A DNA stretch of 64,000 nt from Bilabrum cf. latius (lineage: Eukaryota): the NCBI GenBank assembly GCA_965178125.1, contig OZ237747.1, positions 434,001-498,000 of the forward strand. Direction: 5' to 3'. Both the position numbers and the translations under genes were made by a program. Of this stretch, positions 61,680 through 64,000 are shown one piece after another. The notes under the pieces were generated by a model that was not told the DNA's origin, did no database searches, and saw nothing but the letters and a program-made list of their open reading frames with translations. Positions within the stretch are counted from its first letter, which is position 1. The number at the start of each line of letters is the position of its first letter.

Positions 61680-64000
61680 TCATGAAGCAGAGTTGCCAAT
61701 CGCAAAAACTCCGCCGGGCGACCTCCCGAGCTGAGGCAGGATCTAAGAGGCGCCGTGCTCGCCCAAAAATGCCCTCAGCTTGGTCTCGTCCCTGGCAAGC
61801 TGCACGATACCAGACACTGTGTGGAGCGGCAGGACCATCTCCAGCACGTATTTGAGCTCCTCTGGCACCACGTGCTCCTCGCCATCGTCTTGGCCCCCAG
61901 TACCAGCGGTCCCAGGCCCTGCTACACCCCTGCCTCCACCAGCTCGCCTCGCGCCCCCACGGACTTGCTTTTTGCTGTTGCCGCGCTCATTTTCTAGCAA
62001 CTTGATCTTCGTTTCAGCAGCACCAGCAGCACCGGAACCGCCGCTAGGACCACTCCCACTGGGACTCTGCCGGCTCTGCGACGCGATCTTCACCATGGCC
62101 TCGCTCGTCGCCTTCGATGCAGGCGTGCCGTGATCGTCCGAGCCGCTTTCCTCGTCGCCCTCCCCTGGCTTTTCTCTCTCCAGACGCATGGCGGGCGGAG
62201 GAGCTCCAGCCTGCACGGCACTCCTCTGCTCAGACAGCTCGAAATCAGTCGTGTTCGTAGACCCCACGGAGTCACCCATCTCGCTGCCGTGGACACTGTC
62301 CCGCATCGAGTTTTTCCACTACCCAGGCAAGTTCCAGCCACCCTGTCTACCTGCCTCGCGGGCCGTGTCCACCACCTCTGATTCCACATCCGGCAGCAGC
62401 CTCACCGCCCCCCGCATCCTCTCCACCAAGAACCGACACAGGCCCAGCTCCATCGCACTCGCCGCGCGCCCCCTGTCTGCCACTGAGTCCTGCGCCTGTC
62501 CCAGCGCCATCAGCTCCCGCACTGTCATGCGCCCGTCCACTGGCCTCTCCGGGTGCACTGCGGCGATCACCTCCGCCGGAGACAGCTCAGCACTCACGCC
62601 GCGCGAGTACATGGCGAACGTCCGCCGCTCCTGGTCCGCCTCTTGGCGCGCCTGGCTGCGGAACATCGCCGCGCTGTCCGCCATCGCGCGGTTCTTCTAA
62701 TCCACCATCAGCTGCGTCTGCTGTTCCGACTTGCGGGCCCGCACGGCAGGATCCAGGTCCACGCTCTTGGCCCCGCTGTCGCACACCAGCACGCGCAGGA
62801 AGTACCCGTGATGCCCCTGTGTTCCCCCGCTGGCGTCCTCGCTGCTCCCGTGCCACGCCGAGCCCCGGTAGGCTGACCGCTTGTGGTGCGGCAGCACCTC
62901 GCACAGCACCAGCACGCTGCCGTTGCGACCCGCCGACTGCACCGCCGAGTGCACCGTGGTCAGCAGCACAAACTGAAGAGCACGCATGTCCACCAGCGCG
63001 CCCACATCGTCCACGAAGCCGTCGCTGTCCAGCCACAGGAACTCCGTCTTGATGTTCTTGCGCAGAGCCAGGCCCCGCACCCTGGCTCGGATGGGCCTGT
63101 AGAGGGCGACGGGGTTGAGAGGCGCGATCCTTGCTTTGAGGGTGCGGCTGGTCGCCTGCTCGTACATGGCCACATCGTTCATGGCTTTGGACATGCCGAG
63201 CGCCAGGCTGTACACGTTGTCGATGGCCTCAATGGGGTCCAGGAAGGAGGTCGCCATCACGGTGCTGCTGCTGTCCCTAGCTCGCTCAGAAGGTTTAGTG
63301 AAACTCCCAGTGCTGATCAGCACGGTTGCAGCCGAGCCCTCGACATTCTTCTCTCCTAGCAGCTTGCTAGGGGGTGCCCTGCGCCGCATACCAGCACCCT
63401 GGTCTGGCCTTGATCCGCCCTATTGCCCCACTGTCATGTAGGAAGCAGAAGCGACAGCTACATCCTGGGACTTCTGCGCCACTAGCACACGCCTCAGCTC
63501 CTCGATGCCGGACAGCTGCTGCCCCAAGGAAGGACCGACCCGATTGCGCACCGCACCCAGCAGCCTCGTCTTCTCTCGCGCCATGTGCTGCAGCACTGCC
63601 GCAGACATATCCAGCTCCTCGCTGAACCGGAGGATGCTCATGCGGGAGAGCACACTCGTCACACCGATCTTCACGCCGATGTCGGCCACAGAGAAGAACA
63701 CATCTCGTTCAAATGCGTCGATCGCCTGCTCCGCTTCCAGGATAAAAATCAAGGGATACACGCACAGCAGCAGCCCCACCACGATGCTCACGGCCCACAC
63801 GCGGCGGCGACTGGCCTCGTTGAGCGCGCGGGCGTGGGCGTCCTGCAACATCAGGGCACAGCCCCACATCGAAACAGAGAAACACAAGCATGAAAGCACG
63901 AACAGAATCCATCGAGCCGCTGGGGGAGATGGCCTCGCCAGGATTCCGAGGATGATCATGACGACATCGGCGATGACGGTCGTGCGCAGGACCTGCACCG
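61680..64000 (-). CDS. Rhodopsin-degenerate histidine kinase fusion, copy 2 (5' end beyond the window)
   Basis: Paralog of 53640-56435 covering helices D-G (DIGVK) and the kinase-like module. TAGs at 63420, 62697, 62319 and 61743. TGA at 61680. Confidence 0.85.

Noticed and set aside
475-64000. Genes as pseudogenes or sequencing-error-riddled ORFs
   Set aside because: Interruptions are exclusively TAG, with no frameshifts outside canonical introns. They fall at Gln positions and occur in essential genes.

Overview
Gene-dense, GC-rich, intron-poor eukaryotic (protist-like) nuclear DNA. The supplied ORF track is fragmented because this genome appears to use a non-standard code. TAG is read as Gln, while TGA and apparently TAA remain stops. 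With TAG=Gln the window resolves into about 20 tightly packed genes. My manual reading found about 150 internal in-frame TAGs, no internal TAA, 17 genes ending in TGA and 3 ending in TAA, plus about 10 short GT-AG introns. Recognisable genes: alkaline ceramidase, histidine phosphatase, SF3A1/Prp21, glutathione peroxidase, a ~3065-aa FEN-like PIN nuclease-DEAH helicase fusion, NAGPA-type phosphodiester glycosidase, M14 carboxypeptidase, a ~2600-aa kinesin, a UBL/ankyrin/coiled-coil protein with a 117-bp tandem array, an STI1-domain protein, an RJL GTPase, an LRR protein, cathepsin C and DNA polymerase alpha subunit B. There are also two inverted paralogs of a microbial rhodopsin (8 TM in the complete copy) fused to a degenerate histidine kinase with no receiver or cyclase domain. 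All translation, alignment and family assignments were done by eye, without database searches.
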